64,000 bases of DNA, taken from the NCBI GenBank assembly GCA_043802485.1, contig JAZDKZ010000006.1, positions 64,001 to 128,000 of the forward strand, in the 5' to 3' direction. The position numbers and the translations under genes were made by a program. This DNA comes from Candidatus Aenigmatarchaeota archaeon. GTDB lineage: Archaea > Aenigmatarchaeota > Aenigmatarchaeia > Aenigmatarchaeales > Aenigmatarchaeaceae. This document shows positions 36,859 to 46,335 of the stretch, one piece after another. Under the pieces are notes generated by a model that saw only the letters and a list, made by a program, of their open reading frames with translations, was not told where the DNA came from and made no database searches. The first letter of the stretch is position 1; each line of letters starts with the position of its first letter.

Positions 36859-37682
36859 AACCTGTGGCCCAACTTCTCGAAAATCCCTTTCATTACCAAG
36901 GCGTCCTGTTCTAGGACAGGTGATTCGGAAATCAATGTTATATCAATCTTTCTTTTCAGAATTTCCTTGGCAAAGTCCTTAAAGTCTGGGCCTGCCTCGG
37001 CCATTGGGACGTGGTTCTTTTCATTCCCCTTTCCAGGACTTACAACAGAATAGTTTATCCCGGAGAAGTGCGAATCGTATTTTTTTAGTTTCAATACCTT
37101 TAGCTTGTCGAAAATTTCTTTATAATCAATCTTTCCTGCGTTGCCTGCATAGATGTGAGCCACATCAAGGTATGGTATCACGTTCTTTATTTTCTTTGAG
37201 ATTGGTATTATCTCGTCCAAGGTTCCGAAGGACTTTTGCTTGCCCATGGTCTCCAGACCCAACTTTATCTTCCAATTGTTCTTTTCGATCGAGTCGGAAA
37301 TTTCCTGACAGGCGTCTGTTATCATCTCTATCGCATTTTCTTTGTCCTTGCCATAGTAACCCCCATGAACAACCACAACAGTTGCTCCCATTGCTTCCCC
37401 TCTGTGAAGAGAATCGAGAATCCTTTTCTTGCTAGCTTTTATCACGTCGTTTTTTTCGCTTGCCAGGTTTATGTAATATGGAGCGTGCACTGATAATTCA
37501 ACATCCAATTCCTTGGCAACCTTGCCGAACTCTTTGGCTGCAGGTATTTGCATATAGACGCCATGAGTGAAGGCGACCTCCATAGCATCCAGTCCCAATT
37601 CAGAAATGCATTTGACACCTTCTGCCGAAGAGCCCCCTTTGCAGGATAGGGGTATGCCTGAAGAGCCTATACGTATTTTCAT
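36855..37682 (-). CDS. nfo: endonuclease IV (AP endonuclease family 2)
   Basis: SVHAPYYINL, VVHGG, LETMGK, D.AH, HFSGI, ISESP.LE.DA. Confidence 0.9.
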   Translation of the reverse strand: MKIRIGSSGIPLSCKGGSSAEGVKCISELGLDAMEVAFTHGVYMQIPAAKEFGKVAKELDVELSVHAPYYINLASEKNDVIKASKKRILDSLHRGEAMGATVVVVHGGYYGKDKENAIEMITDACQEISDSIEKNNWKIKLGLETMGKQKSFGTLDEIIPISKKIKNVIPYLDVAHIYAGNAGKIDYKEIFDKLKVLKLKKYDSHFSGINYSVVSPGKGNEKNHVPMAEAGPDFKDFAKEILKRKIDITLISESPVLEQDALVMKGIFEKLGHRF

Positions 37683-38150
37683 CTAATCTTCCTTCTTCTT
37701 GAAGAACAGCCAGTTCTTAGGTGGTTTGAACTTCACCAGAACGTAGCTGCCTTTCAGCTTTTTGCCCTTTATGTTGAATATTATCTTTTTTGGCTTCTTA
37801 TCTATTAATTCGAATGTACCGTTGTCCCATATCTTTACTTTTCCTGCCCCATATTGTTCTTCAGGTATTGAGCCCTCAAAGGTAGCATAGTCTAAAGGGT
37901 GGTCTTCTACCTCCACAGCCAGAAGTTTCTTTCCCTTCAATGTCAACAACGGATCTTTAGGTATGGCCCAACTTTTTAGCACACCATCAAACTCAAGGCG
38001 AAGGTCATTATGTAAATGGCTTGCCCAATGACGCTGTATTACATAAGTAAAATGGTTCTTTTTATTGTTTGTTTTATTAATCTTTCCTTTAGGTTCAGTT
38101 GTGCCTTTTTTGTCCCGTTTACGTTTTTTTACGTATTCATTTAGAGACAT
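37683..38150 (-). CDS. stand-alone LigD 3'-phosphoesterase domain
   Basis: VIQRHWASHLHNDLRLE.DGVLKSWAIPK, VEDHPLDY..FEG.IP..YGAG. Confidence 0.92.
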   Translation of the reverse strand: MSLNEYVKKRKRDKKGTTEPKGKINKTNNKKNHFTYVIQRHWASHLHNDLRLEFDGVLKSWAIPKDPLLTLKGKKLLAVEVEDHPLDYATFEGSIPEEQYGAGKVKIWDNGTFELIDKKPKKIIFNIKGKKLKGSYVLVKFKPPKNWLFFKKKED

Positions 38151-39195
38151 GGATAAAACCTCGTTTTTTTGAATGGTACCTTTCTCTGGCTCTTTTATTC
38201 TTCTCTAGTTTCTTTTCTTCAGACTCGTTATCTTGCCATTTGTATTCATAGCATTTTACTGGGCATTTTCCGATATAGTTTAGAAATTTCTGATTATCGG
38301 ATTTCTTTATTGCTATTTCATAACCATTATTATTTTTTACTATTCTGCTTTTTATTTTCAAATGTTTTTGAAATAAACCCTGAAGGAAAATTATGTCTTT
38401 CAGAGAAAAATTATCTGTACATAACTTTATTTCTCTATAGAAATTTCCATCACAAAGATAAAATTGCAGCATGCTGTCAGGATTGAATATAAAATCTTTA
38501 GGTATGTGCTTTATGCTGCTTTTATTATACCACTTTTTTCGCATCAATTCAAATGTTCTGTAACGATGAGTTTGTAAGAAGCTTTCAGGATATCCACCAT
38601 TTTTACACCTCGGGTCGTTTCTCTTTCTTGTTAATAACGGGCTGAATGTTATTCCATATTTTTTGGCTCTTAAAATTATATACTTTAGGTATTCTCTGTA
38701 TTTACAGCATTGTGTATATGACCTAGCTTTACCCCCTTTTCTAAGAGGTATGGAACCATCTCCCATTAATAGACCATCAAAAAAAGCTACGCAATTTTTA
38801 GTTAGTTCAAACTCTTTAGGTGGATGGGAGATATTCATCTGTTCATAAGATGTTCTTACAGGTATCTTTAGTCTTTTCATGTATCTTCTTATCACAGTTC
38901 TTTCTATTCCAGTTTCTAACGATAAGCCCTTGATAGATTTTTTTAATTCAATATAATTTTTAATGAAAAAATCTTTTGTTAGAATGTTAATATGCTTCAA
39001 TTTGCCTCCTGGTGATGATATAGTTGCTTGTTCTTTATGCGATCTTAGTTTTATTTTGTTTGATAAAGCATATCTTTTAACTGTTGTCCAGTCTGCGCCA
39101 ACTTTGTTAGCGATTTGTGTTATAGACTTTTTATTTTTGACATATTCCCTGTTAAGAAAACTATGAGTTAAAATATCGTTATAAATGTTTTTCAT
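38137..39195 (-). CDS. free-standing LAGLIDADG endonuclease with two N-terminal HTH-like repeats
   Basis: FFDGLLMGDGSI and LQFYLCDGNF; repeats Y...KKSI.........T..RY......RS/RT; AT-rich. Confidence 0.85.
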   Translation of the reverse strand: MKNIYNDILTHSFLNREYVKNKKSITQIANKVGADWTTVKRYALSNKIKLRSHKEQATISSPGGKLKHINILTKDFFIKNYIELKKSIKGLSLETGIERTVIRRYMKRLKIPVRTSYEQMNISHPPKEFELTKNCVAFFDGLLMGDGSIPLRKGGKARSYTQCCKYREYLKYIILRAKKYGITFSPLLTRKRNDPRCKNGGYPESFLQTHRYRTFELMRKKWYNKSSIKHIPKDFIFNPDSMLQFYLCDGNFYREIKLCTDNFSLKDIIFLQGLFQKHLKIKSRIVKNNNGYEIAIKKSDNQKFLNYIGKCPVKCYEYKWQDNESEEKKLEKNKRARERYHSKKRGFIHVSK

Positions 39196-39247
39196 TTTAT
39201 CAGTTAGTAATTGTTATTTGAAGAATAAAAAAATTTCTAGACTCGAA

Positions 39248-40147
39248 TCATTTCAGGGTTATCTTCATCATGTCCTTGGCGATGACAACATTCTTGAATA
39301 TATTCTTGACCGAATCGTAGACTTCTTTTTCGTTCATGTACCTTCTGCTTATGTGCGTTATTATCAGCTTCTTTACCTTGTATTTTTTGGCCAGTTTGGC
39401 TACCTCAACAGCAGAAGCATGAGGCCTGTTCTCCTCAGGAACCTCCACAAAGGTCCCGTCATGTATAAGTATGTCCGCCTCTCTGGAGAACTCAAGTAAG
39501 GTCTTGCATATTTCAGTGTCGCCGGAATAGACGACCTTTCTGCCAGTTTTTTTGTCAGCAATGTCTTCCAATTTCACAACTTTCCCGTCAACTTCCACCT
39601 GGCCCTTTTCCTTTATCTCTCTCAGAATCCTGCCTTTCAGGCCTAACTTGTCAGCTTTCTTTACGTCAATTCTCCAGTGGTCTTTCTCCTTGAAGCAGTA
39701 GCCCACAGCAGGCACAGAATGCTTTACTTTTATTGCGTATATCTCATAAGTGTCAGTTTCTATCAGCTTCTCGATTTCCTTCTCGCCGCAGTCCTTTGGT
39801 ATGACACGGAAGCCTATGCCCCAGTAACTCATCTCGACCAACGCATCTATAAAGCGTGAAGCCTCAGGCCCGTATATTTCCAAGGGCTCCTTTCTTCTTG
39901 AGAGATGAAGAGTTTCTATCAGAGGCAGTATGCCTGCAAAATGATCGGCGTGCCAGTGTGTTATCAGTATTGCGTTCAGTTTCATGGGAGATATTCTTGC
40001 CTTTTGCATCTGTATCTGCGTTCCCTCCCCGCAATCCATGAGGAAATAATGCGAGCCGTAATGCAAAAGAATGGCGGCAGGCCTTCTCTTCAGGCTGGGG
40101 ATGGCCGCGCCTGTCCCTAGAAATGTTATCTTGATTGGTTCTGGCAT
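39248..40147 (-). CDS. rnz: ribonuclease Z
   Basis: FLGTG, DCGEGTQ, THWHADH, YSGDT, HDGTF, THISRRY. Confidence 0.96.
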   Translation of the reverse strand: MPEPIKITFLGTGAAIPSLKRRPAAILLHYGSHYFLMDCGEGTQIQMQKARISPMKLNAILITHWHADHFAGILPLIETLHLSRRKEPLEIYGPEASRFIDALVEMSYWGIGFRVIPKDCGEKEIEKLIETDTYEIYAIKVKHSVPAVGYCFKEKDHWRIDVKKADKLGLKGRILREIKEKGQVEVDGKVVKLEDIADKKTGRKVVYSGDTEICKTLLEFSREADILIHDGTFVEVPEENRPHASAVEVAKLAKKYKVKKLIITHISRRYMNEKEVYDSVKNIFKNVVIAKDMMKITLK

Positions 40148-41505
40148 CAGACCACATCCAAGTCCTTTTCAAGCCATTCCTTCAGGAATATCCTAAGGTC
40201 TTTTGATTTCTTTGCTTTCATGAGAAAGCCATTATCATAGAATAGATTCGCCTTTCTTATTTTCGGAGATATCTTGCTGGGTATTCCCTTTTCTTTCAAC
40301 TCCCTTTCACTTAAGCTGAAAAGATTTTTCAGATAGTCCGAGACTCTAACAAACTCACGCTCTAATTCCACTAACCAGTTGTCATTCTCTATGAACACCT
40401 TTTTGTCCTGATAATGCTTGATGAATTCTTCCACATGCCTGCTGTAAACATCCGGTCCAATATTCTTGTATATCCTTGGAATTTCCCACTCCTCCATCTC
40501 AAGCACTATGTGGCATCCATCATTGCAAAAAAAGTCGCTTCTCAGCACTCTGAAACCGTTTCGTGTCAGCATATTGCCAACCGCCTTTGTGCACCTTTTC
40601 ATCTGTGGGTACAGAATGTCGTTGACTACTTTGGGTTTTGCAAAGCTAATGTGATACCATCTGGTTCCACGTCTTTTGATTATTTTCGTTAGCTTAGTTA
40701 TTGTGTAGGGCTTGGGTTTTGAAGGCAAGAACAGTTCCTTGCTAGGTTTTTTGTTAAACTTTTTGCAAGCATCTACAAAGGTGTAGAACTTTTCCATAGA
40801 AACCGCGGCTGCCACATTTCTGTTCCTGTCTACCGGATCTATGACAACTAGCGGAGTCTTGAAAAGCCTTGCCTGTTCCTCCGTTGAATTGTTGAATGTT
40901 ATAATATGACCTGCTCTCCATTTGGAAGCAGTCTTGGCAAGCTTCTCAAAAGAGCCATACTTTATTATCAACAATTCACAGAGGTAGCCCGAGAATCCTA
41001 GGGTCTTTACATCTGCTCCGTAGCATCCGTTAGCTATGCAGAACTGCTTCAGCAGCCTTACCTCGTCAGGGTTCTTTAGCTTTGATTTGACGAACTTGAC
41101 GTGATGCGGCGTCCTGTCCACCGAGGACTTTATCCTCTCAGGATTCTCTATGTCATAACACGGAACTATGTCCACATCGTAGCAGCCGATCCTGCTTTTG
41201 ATGTAAGGATGCTCTGCAAAGGCTATCTGGTACTTGCCCCTGAGCTTTTTTACAATTGATTTGGCCAGACCCATGCCCCTTTTCTCCAGCTCAACCTTGG
41301 AAAGGCTCGAATCAAACAGCAGAAAGAGGTCGACCTCGTTCTTCTTTGACAACCAGGTGTCCTTTTCAGCTGAGCCGCATATGATGGGTCTTGCCTCGCT
41401 GGAAAGCTTCTCGCTGGTCTTGATCAGCCTCTTGATAAAAGAATCCATCTTTTTGCATTCTCTGGCATCAGGTCTTATCTTGCTCAGAACGGTGCTTAGG
41501 TTCAT
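40147..41505 (-). CDS. cca: archaeal (class I) CCA-adding enzyme
   Basis: GS..KDTWL...EVDLF, AEHPY, SSVDRTPHH, GFSGYLCELL, DPVD.NRNVAAA. Confidence 0.96.
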   Translation of the reverse strand: MNLSTVLSKIRPDARECKKMDSFIKRLIKTSEKLSSEARPIICGSAEKDTWLSKKNEVDLFLLFDSSLSKVELEKRGMGLAKSIVKKLRGKYQIAFAEHPYIKSRIGCYDVDIVPCYDIENPERIKSSVDRTPHHVKFVKSKLKNPDEVRLLKQFCIANGCYGADVKTLGFSGYLCELLIIKYGSFEKLAKTASKWRAGHIITFNNSTEEQARLFKTPLVVIDPVDRNRNVAAAVSMEKFYTFVDACKKFNKKPSKELFLPSKPKPYTITKLTKIIKRRGTRWYHISFAKPKVVNDILYPQMKRCTKAVGNMLTRNGFRVLRSDFFCNDGCHIVLEMEEWEIPRIYKNIGPDVYSRHVEEFIKHYQDKKVFIENDNWLVELEREFVRVSDYLKNLFSLSERELKEKGIPSKISPKIRKANLFYDNGFLMKAKKSKDLRIFLKEWLEKDLDVV

Positions 41506-41559
41506 TTTTTATCGAATAAGTTTATAAATAAGGAAGTAAATAAAGTTTTAGGTGAAAAT

Positions 41560-42186
41560 ATGGTAATGATAGAACAAGCAATTTTAACCCTTTGGAACAG
41601 TTTTCTCATAATATTACCATCTTTGATATGGGCATCGATCGCTTTGGTCGTAGGTCTTTTAGTAGGAAAAGTAGCAGGTTGGATAATAAAGCAGTTCCTA
41701 GTTAGAGTAAAGCTTGACCAGTACGTATTTGAGAAGGAGAAGTTCAAGATGAAGCTCTCCGATGTTTTCTCGACCCTGGGAAGATGGGTGATATATCTTG
41801 TCTTTGTTCAGGTTGCATCTGGTCTTCTAGGAATAGCAACAGTGATAAACCTTGTCAACAGTGCCATAACATTTTTGGCAGGTGCTATAGAGGCAACCGT
41901 GATAATAATCATCGGCTACAGCTTGGCGCACTACATAAAGGACAAGGTCATACATTCCAAGACCTTTTACGGAGACCTGGTAGGCAAAGTGATATTCTTC
42001 CTAATGCTCTATGTGTCGATAGCGCTTGCATTGCCTTTTGTGGGCATTGACGCCACGCTAATCAACTGGATGTTGATAGTCATAGTGGCCTCTCTGGGTG
42101 CAGGCATGGCAATCGCGATAGGGCTGGGAATGAAGGATGTCGTAAAAGATGTGGCAAAGGGTTATTCCAAAAAGTTCAAAAGGTAA
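41560..42186 (+). CDS. TM-helix repeat membrane protein (MscS-associated/CmpX-like)
   Basis: LP.LI.A..LVVG..V.K repeats; AIAIGLG.KD. Confidence 0.75.
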   Translation: MVMIEQAILTLWNSFLIILPSLIWASIALVVGLLVGKVAGWIIKQFLVRVKLDQYVFEKEKFKMKLSDVFSTLGRWVIYLVFVQVASGLLGIATVINLVNSAITFLAGAIEATVIIIIGYSLAHYIKDKVIHSKTFYGDLVGKVIFFLMLYVSIALALPFVGIDATLINWMLIVIVASLGAGMAIAIGLGMKDVVKDVAKGYSKKFKR

Positions 42187-42190
42187 TTAG

Positions 42191-42622
42191 ATGTTTGTGA
42201 AAGAAATAATGTCCACAGATGTAAAGACTGTCAGGTCCACTGATAATGTCAAGGATGCCGCGTGCCTCATGAATGAGAGCATGATAGGTTGCCTGATAGT
42301 TCTGTCTGGCACTGGCAAGATTGAGGGTATTGTCACTGAGAGGGACATACTCGTCGACGTGGTCGCCGAGGGAAAGGACCCTTGCTCAGTGGTGGTCGGT
42401 GACATAATGACAAAGGAGCTTGTCATCATATCCCCCGAGAATACCTTGGAAGAGGCGGCAGACGTCATGACAGATAAGAAGATAAAGAAGCTGCCTGTTG
42501 TGCAAGGCTCGAAGCTCGTGGGCATAGTCACTGCCACAGACCTGGTCGCCTATGAAAAGGACCTGATAGAGAAGGTGGCAGACCTTTTGACAATATCCCC
42601 GATGAAAAGAATCGGCGGATAA
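42191..42622 (+). CDS. CBS-pair protein
   Basis: VKEIM, GIVTERD, LPVV...LVGIVT..D. Confidence 0.93.
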   Translation: MFVKEIMSTDVKTVRSTDNVKDAACLMNESMIGCLIVLSGTGKIEGIVTERDILVDVVAEGKDPCSVVVGDIMTKELVIISPENTLEEAADVMTDKKIKKLPVVQGSKLVGIVTATDLVAYEKDLIEKVADLLTISPMKRIGG

Positions 42623-42672
42623 AACTATTTTCTTTTTATTTTAATAACAGTTACAGACATAGCTATATTTTT

Positions 42673-43284
42673 TTATCCGTAGAACTCCTCTTCTCCGGAT
42701 TGGTAGAGCCAGATTGCAATATCGAGCTCTTCTGGGGAAATTTCTGCTTCTTTCGCAAGCCCCAAGAAAACTTCTTCTAGTTCCAAGTACCTTTTCTTTG
42801 TCAAGCTCTTGTTCTTATTGATTTTGCCGACCTTTTTGAGAAAGTTCTGGATGTGTACGTCTATTATGGCCATGCCTTGGAAGCCTATGTTTCTCATGAA
42901 ATGGGTTGACTCTTTCATGCCCAGACCCTTTATGTTCTTTGCTAGCCATTCCCTAAGTTCTTGAGGTTCTTTACTAAGATTCTTTTTCAGCTCCGGAAGT
43001 TTTCCCCTGGCCTCCACTATCCTCTGTGCCTTCACTTCTGGGAATCTTACTCCTGTCATGTATTCTCTTATCTTTTCCTGACTTGCTGTAAAGAGCTTTC
43101 CGTCTTTTTTCAATCTATCAACAGCAAGCCTGCAGTACTTTGCCCTGGACTGCGGTGTCATGATGCAGAAGCACAACTCTTCAAACAGGCATTCGTCGTC
43201 CTTGATGCTGCACGTTTTGATAAACGAAGCTATGGTTTTTTTCCTACTTTCATAGAAAATTCTGAGGTTTTCCATTTCCTGCAT
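42673..43284 (-). CDS. ogg: 8-oxoguanine DNA glycosylase/AP lyase (archaeal OGG)
   Basis: ELCFCIMTPQS, IKGLGMKESTHFMRN.G, IIDVHI, LDIAIW. Confidence 0.92.
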   Translation of the reverse strand: MQEMENLRIFYESRKKTIASFIKTCSIKDDECLFEELCFCIMTPQSRAKYCRLAVDRLKKDGKLFTASQEKIREYMTGVRFPEVKAQRIVEARGKLPELKKNLSKEPQELREWLAKNIKGLGMKESTHFMRNIGFQGMAIIDVHIQNFLKKVGKINKNKSLTKKRYLELEEVFLGLAKEAEISPEELDIAIWLYQSGEEEFYG

Positions 43285-43325
43285 AAGAACTATTATTTTT
43301 AAGAGTTTTAAATTGTATCTAAATT

Positions 43326-44012
43326 ATGATGAAACCTGTTCTGGAGCTTAGGAATGTCAGCAAGACTTACTGCAAGACCGGGCTCCCTGTTCATGCTTTG
43401 AAAAAGACGAATCTGAAAATAAACAGGAAAGAGTTCATCTCTATAATGGGGCCCAGCGGTTCTGGCAAGTCTACCATGCTGCATATGATAGGCTGCTTGG
43501 ACAGGCCTACAACCGGGAGCATAATGGTAAACGGAAGAGACATCTCCAAGCTGGATGATAACGAGGTCGCGAGGATAAGAAGAAAGACCATAGGTTTCAT
43601 CTTCCAGTTCTTCAATCTTATACCCAACTTTACGGCTGTCAAGAACGTTGAGTTGCCCATGATATTCAGCAATTACCCTGACAGGGAGAAGCGGGCCGAG
43701 GAACTGCTAAAGACTGTTGGGCTTGGCCAGAGGCTTGGTCACTATCCCTCTCAGCTGAGCGGCGGGGAGATTCAGCGAGTTTCTGTCGCAAGGGCCATGG
43801 CTAACAATCCTGACATAATCCTGGCAGACGAGCCTACTGGCAATCTTGATTCCCAGTCAGGCGCGGAGGTTCTGGACCTACTAAAGAAGTTAAATAAAGA
43901 AAGAGGAGTTACTCTTGTCATGGTGACACATGACAAGAAGATAGCCATGCAGGCAAAGAAACTAATATATTTAAAGGACGGCCAAATAATAAAGAGAGGT
44001 GTTAAAAGATGA
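43326..44012 (+). CDS. ABC transporter ATPase (LolD/MacB type)
   Basis: GPSGSGKST, LSGGE.QR, ADEPTGNLD, VTHD. Confidence 0.96.
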   Translation: MMKPVLELRNVSKTYCKTGLPVHALKKTNLKINRKEFISIMGPSGSGKSTMLHMIGCLDRPTTGSIMVNGRDISKLDDNEVARIRRKTIGFIFQFFNLIPNFTAVKNVELPMIFSNYPDREKRAEELLKTVGLGQRLGHYPSQLSGGEIQRVSVARAMANNPDIILADEPTGNLDSQSGAEVLDLLKKLNKERGVTLVMVTHDKKIAMQAKKLIYLKDGQIIKRGVKR

Positions 44013-45142
44013 AAAGGTTTATTATCGTTCTAATTGCCATGGTTCTTCTGGCTACGACTGTTGAGGCTGCTTTGACTTTGAGCGTGGGCTGGTCGCTGTC
44101 AGCAGATACCCTAAAACCTGGGAGCCAGGTGATACTTACTCTTACATTTACCAATGCAGGAACATCTGAAATCACCAATGTTTTTGTTGAGCAGAAAGCA
44201 GGTCCTTCCCTGAAGCTATTATCCGACGCTACGCAGGAGCTGGGCGCTATTGCTTCAGCCTCTTCGCAGCAGACTTCCATAATAATAAAGGCTGACGAGG
44301 ATGCCAAGACAGCCAATTCATTCGTGACAGTTGATGTTGAATACTATAGCGGGACAACAAAGTACTCCAAGACCATCTCTGTACCTGTCCAGATAAAGAG
44401 GTATCCGATACTCCAGATAGTTAACGTCGGCTACGATACAACACCAGAACCCGGAAAGAATGTCATTATCTCTTTTGATATCAAGAATGTTGGCGACGGT
44501 ACTGCCAAGTATCTAAAGATATCCCTTAATCAGAGCAGCGTCTTCTCCATAATGGGCTCTGGAGGAGAGATTGTGATACAGAGCTTGGAATCCTTTGATA
44601 GTCAAAGCGTTGAATTCCCGATAGTCATAAATCCTGACGCTTCTGTCGGCATAAATTCTGTGCCAGTTATTCTATCCTACCAAGACGAGGCAAGAATCAA
44701 CAACTATACCCAAATAGTTAACATAGGTCTGACAATAACAGGCGATGCTGACTTTGTTGCTTCTGTTGATTCTGGGGCCAACTTCTTTTACGGTAGAGCG
44801 GGAGAAGCCGAGATAACCATTTCCAACAAGGGAAGCGGGCCGGCAGAGTTCGTCACTGTTAAAGCAACTTCTGACTATGGCTCCAAGGAGTTCTATATAG
44901 GGAGCCTGGATGTTGACGACTCTGAGACGATTGACCTTTTGCAGAACCTAGCAGGCGTCTCTGGCAAATACCCGATAACCCTGGAAATTTCTTACAGGGA
45001 CAAGTTCCAGAACACTTACATTGTCACAAAAACAGTCGAGGCTATGCCCACCAATGCTCCTGCTGACTATACGTTTGTCATAGTGGTCGTGGTGGTTGCT
45101 GCGATAAGCGTCTGGTACTATAGGAAGAAAAAGAAAAAGTGA
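44009..45142 (+). CDS. secreted Ig-like repeat protein with C-terminal anchor (COG1361 S-layer-like)
   Basis: Signal peptide, repeated N.G...A beta-rich units, TM plus poly-Lys tail. Confidence 0.8.
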   Translation: MKRFIIVLIAMVLLATTVEAALTLSVGWSLSADTLKPGSQVILTLTFTNAGTSEITNVFVEQKAGPSLKLLSDATQELGAIASASSQQTSIIIKADEDAKTANSFVTVDVEYYSGTTKYSKTISVPVQIKRYPILQIVNVGYDTTPEPGKNVIISFDIKNVGDGTAKYLKISLNQSSVFSIMGSGGEIVIQSLESFDSQSVEFPIVINPDASVGINSVPVILSYQDEARINNYTQIVNIGLTITGDADFVASVDSGANFFYGRAGEAEITISNKGSGPAEFVTVKATSDYGSKEFYIGSLDVDDSETIDLLQNLAGVSGKYPITLEISYRDKFQNTYIVTKTVEAMPTNAPADYTFVIVVVVVAAISVWYYRKKKKK

Positions 45143-45146
45143 CTAG

Positions 45147-46334
45147 ATGATCAGGGAAAGTCTAGAATTGTCTGTTAGTAGTTTGAAGCACAGGAAAATC
45201 AGTTCTGCTTTGACGATTCTAGGTATAGTGATTGGCATAACTTCTATTATCGCCCTTCTTTCTATTGGTGAGGGTCTGCAACAGGCTGTCATAGAGCAGC
45301 TCAATGCTGTGGGTAATGACAAGATAATCGTTTCTTCAGGTTCTGACTTTATGTCTGCCTTTTCTGGCGAGGGTCTTGTTGAGGATGACATAGACATGGT
45401 CGAATCTGAGAATGGTGTTGAGGTGGCCTTTGGGACCTTGGTAAAATCAATTCCAGTTAAATACAAAAAAGAAAACATGATAGGTCAAGTGATTGGGATA
45501 CGCTCGGAAGACACGGAAAAGATTTTTGAACAAATGAAGGTTTGGGAAATAGATTCTGGCAGGTATTTCAAGAAAGGAGAAAGAGGACTTGCTGTAATAG
45601 GAAAGACGACTTCGGAGGAAGTTTTTGAGAAAGAAGTCAGTATAGGAGATTCTATTTACGTGATGAACGAGAGATTCAAGGTCGTTGGGATATTGAAATC
45701 AACTGCAAATAACCAGAGGGACAGGTCCATTTTCATACCGATGCAACAGCTGAGAGAGTTGACAGATACCCCGGATTCTATAACAGTGATTTTTGCCAAA
45801 GTCTCGGATGTGGAAAGAATAGAGAGCATCGCCGAAAATATAGAGGAAGAGCTTGATGATGAGTATGGAGAAGGCTATTATCAGGCCTCTACCAGCCAGC
45901 AGATAGCTGACAGCGCGAGTTCGATAATAAGCGTTATATCATTTGTGCTGGGAGGTATCGCGTCAATAGCCCTGATAGTTGCAGGTTTTGGCATAGCCAA
46001 CACCATGTTCACTGCTGTCATGGAGAGGACCAAGGAGATAGGGACCATGAAGGCCATAGGCGCGACAAACTATAATGTGATGGAGATATTTCTGATAGAA
46101 GCCAGTCTTTTGGGATTCTTCGGCGGTGTAGTGGGCTGCATCCTGGGTTTCGTGATATCACAGGTAATAACAGCCGTTGCAGTCAACATCATACCTGTTC
46201 CTTTCAATGCTGTGGTGTCACCTGAGATGATAGTATTGTCTTTGATTTTTTCGACTGTTATTGGTATAATTTCCGGTTTGTGGCCGGCAAGAAGGGCTGC
46301 CAAGTTGCAGCCTGTTGAGGCTTTGAGGAGATAA
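45147..46334 (+). CDS. MacB/FtsX-type ABC permease
   Basis: LT.LGIVIG, NTM..AVMERTKEIG..KAIGA, PARRAAKL.PVEALR. Confidence 0.95.
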   Translation: MIRESLELSVSSLKHRKISSALTILGIVIGITSIIALLSIGEGLQQAVIEQLNAVGNDKIIVSSGSDFMSAFSGEGLVEDDIDMVESENGVEVAFGTLVKSIPVKYKKENMIGQVIGIRSEDTEKIFEQMKVWEIDSGRYFKKGERGLAVIGKTTSEEVFEKEVSIGDSIYVMNERFKVVGILKSTANNQRDRSIFIPMQQLRELTDTPDSITVIFAKVSDVERIESIAENIEEELDDEYGEGYYQASTSQQIADSASSIISVISFVLGGIASIALIVAGFGIANTMFTAVMERTKEIGTMKAIGATNYNVMEIFLIEASLLGFFGGVVGCILGFVISQVITAVAVNIIPVPFNAVVSPEMIVLSLIFSTVIGIISGLWPARRAAKLQPVEALRR

Positions 46335-46335
46335 T

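Noticed and set aside
1726..39195. The three LAGLIDADG ORFs as inteins or intron-encoded ORFs
   Set aside because: Each has its own start and stop, no intein splice-junction residues, and the flanking genes are complete on one side rather than split around them
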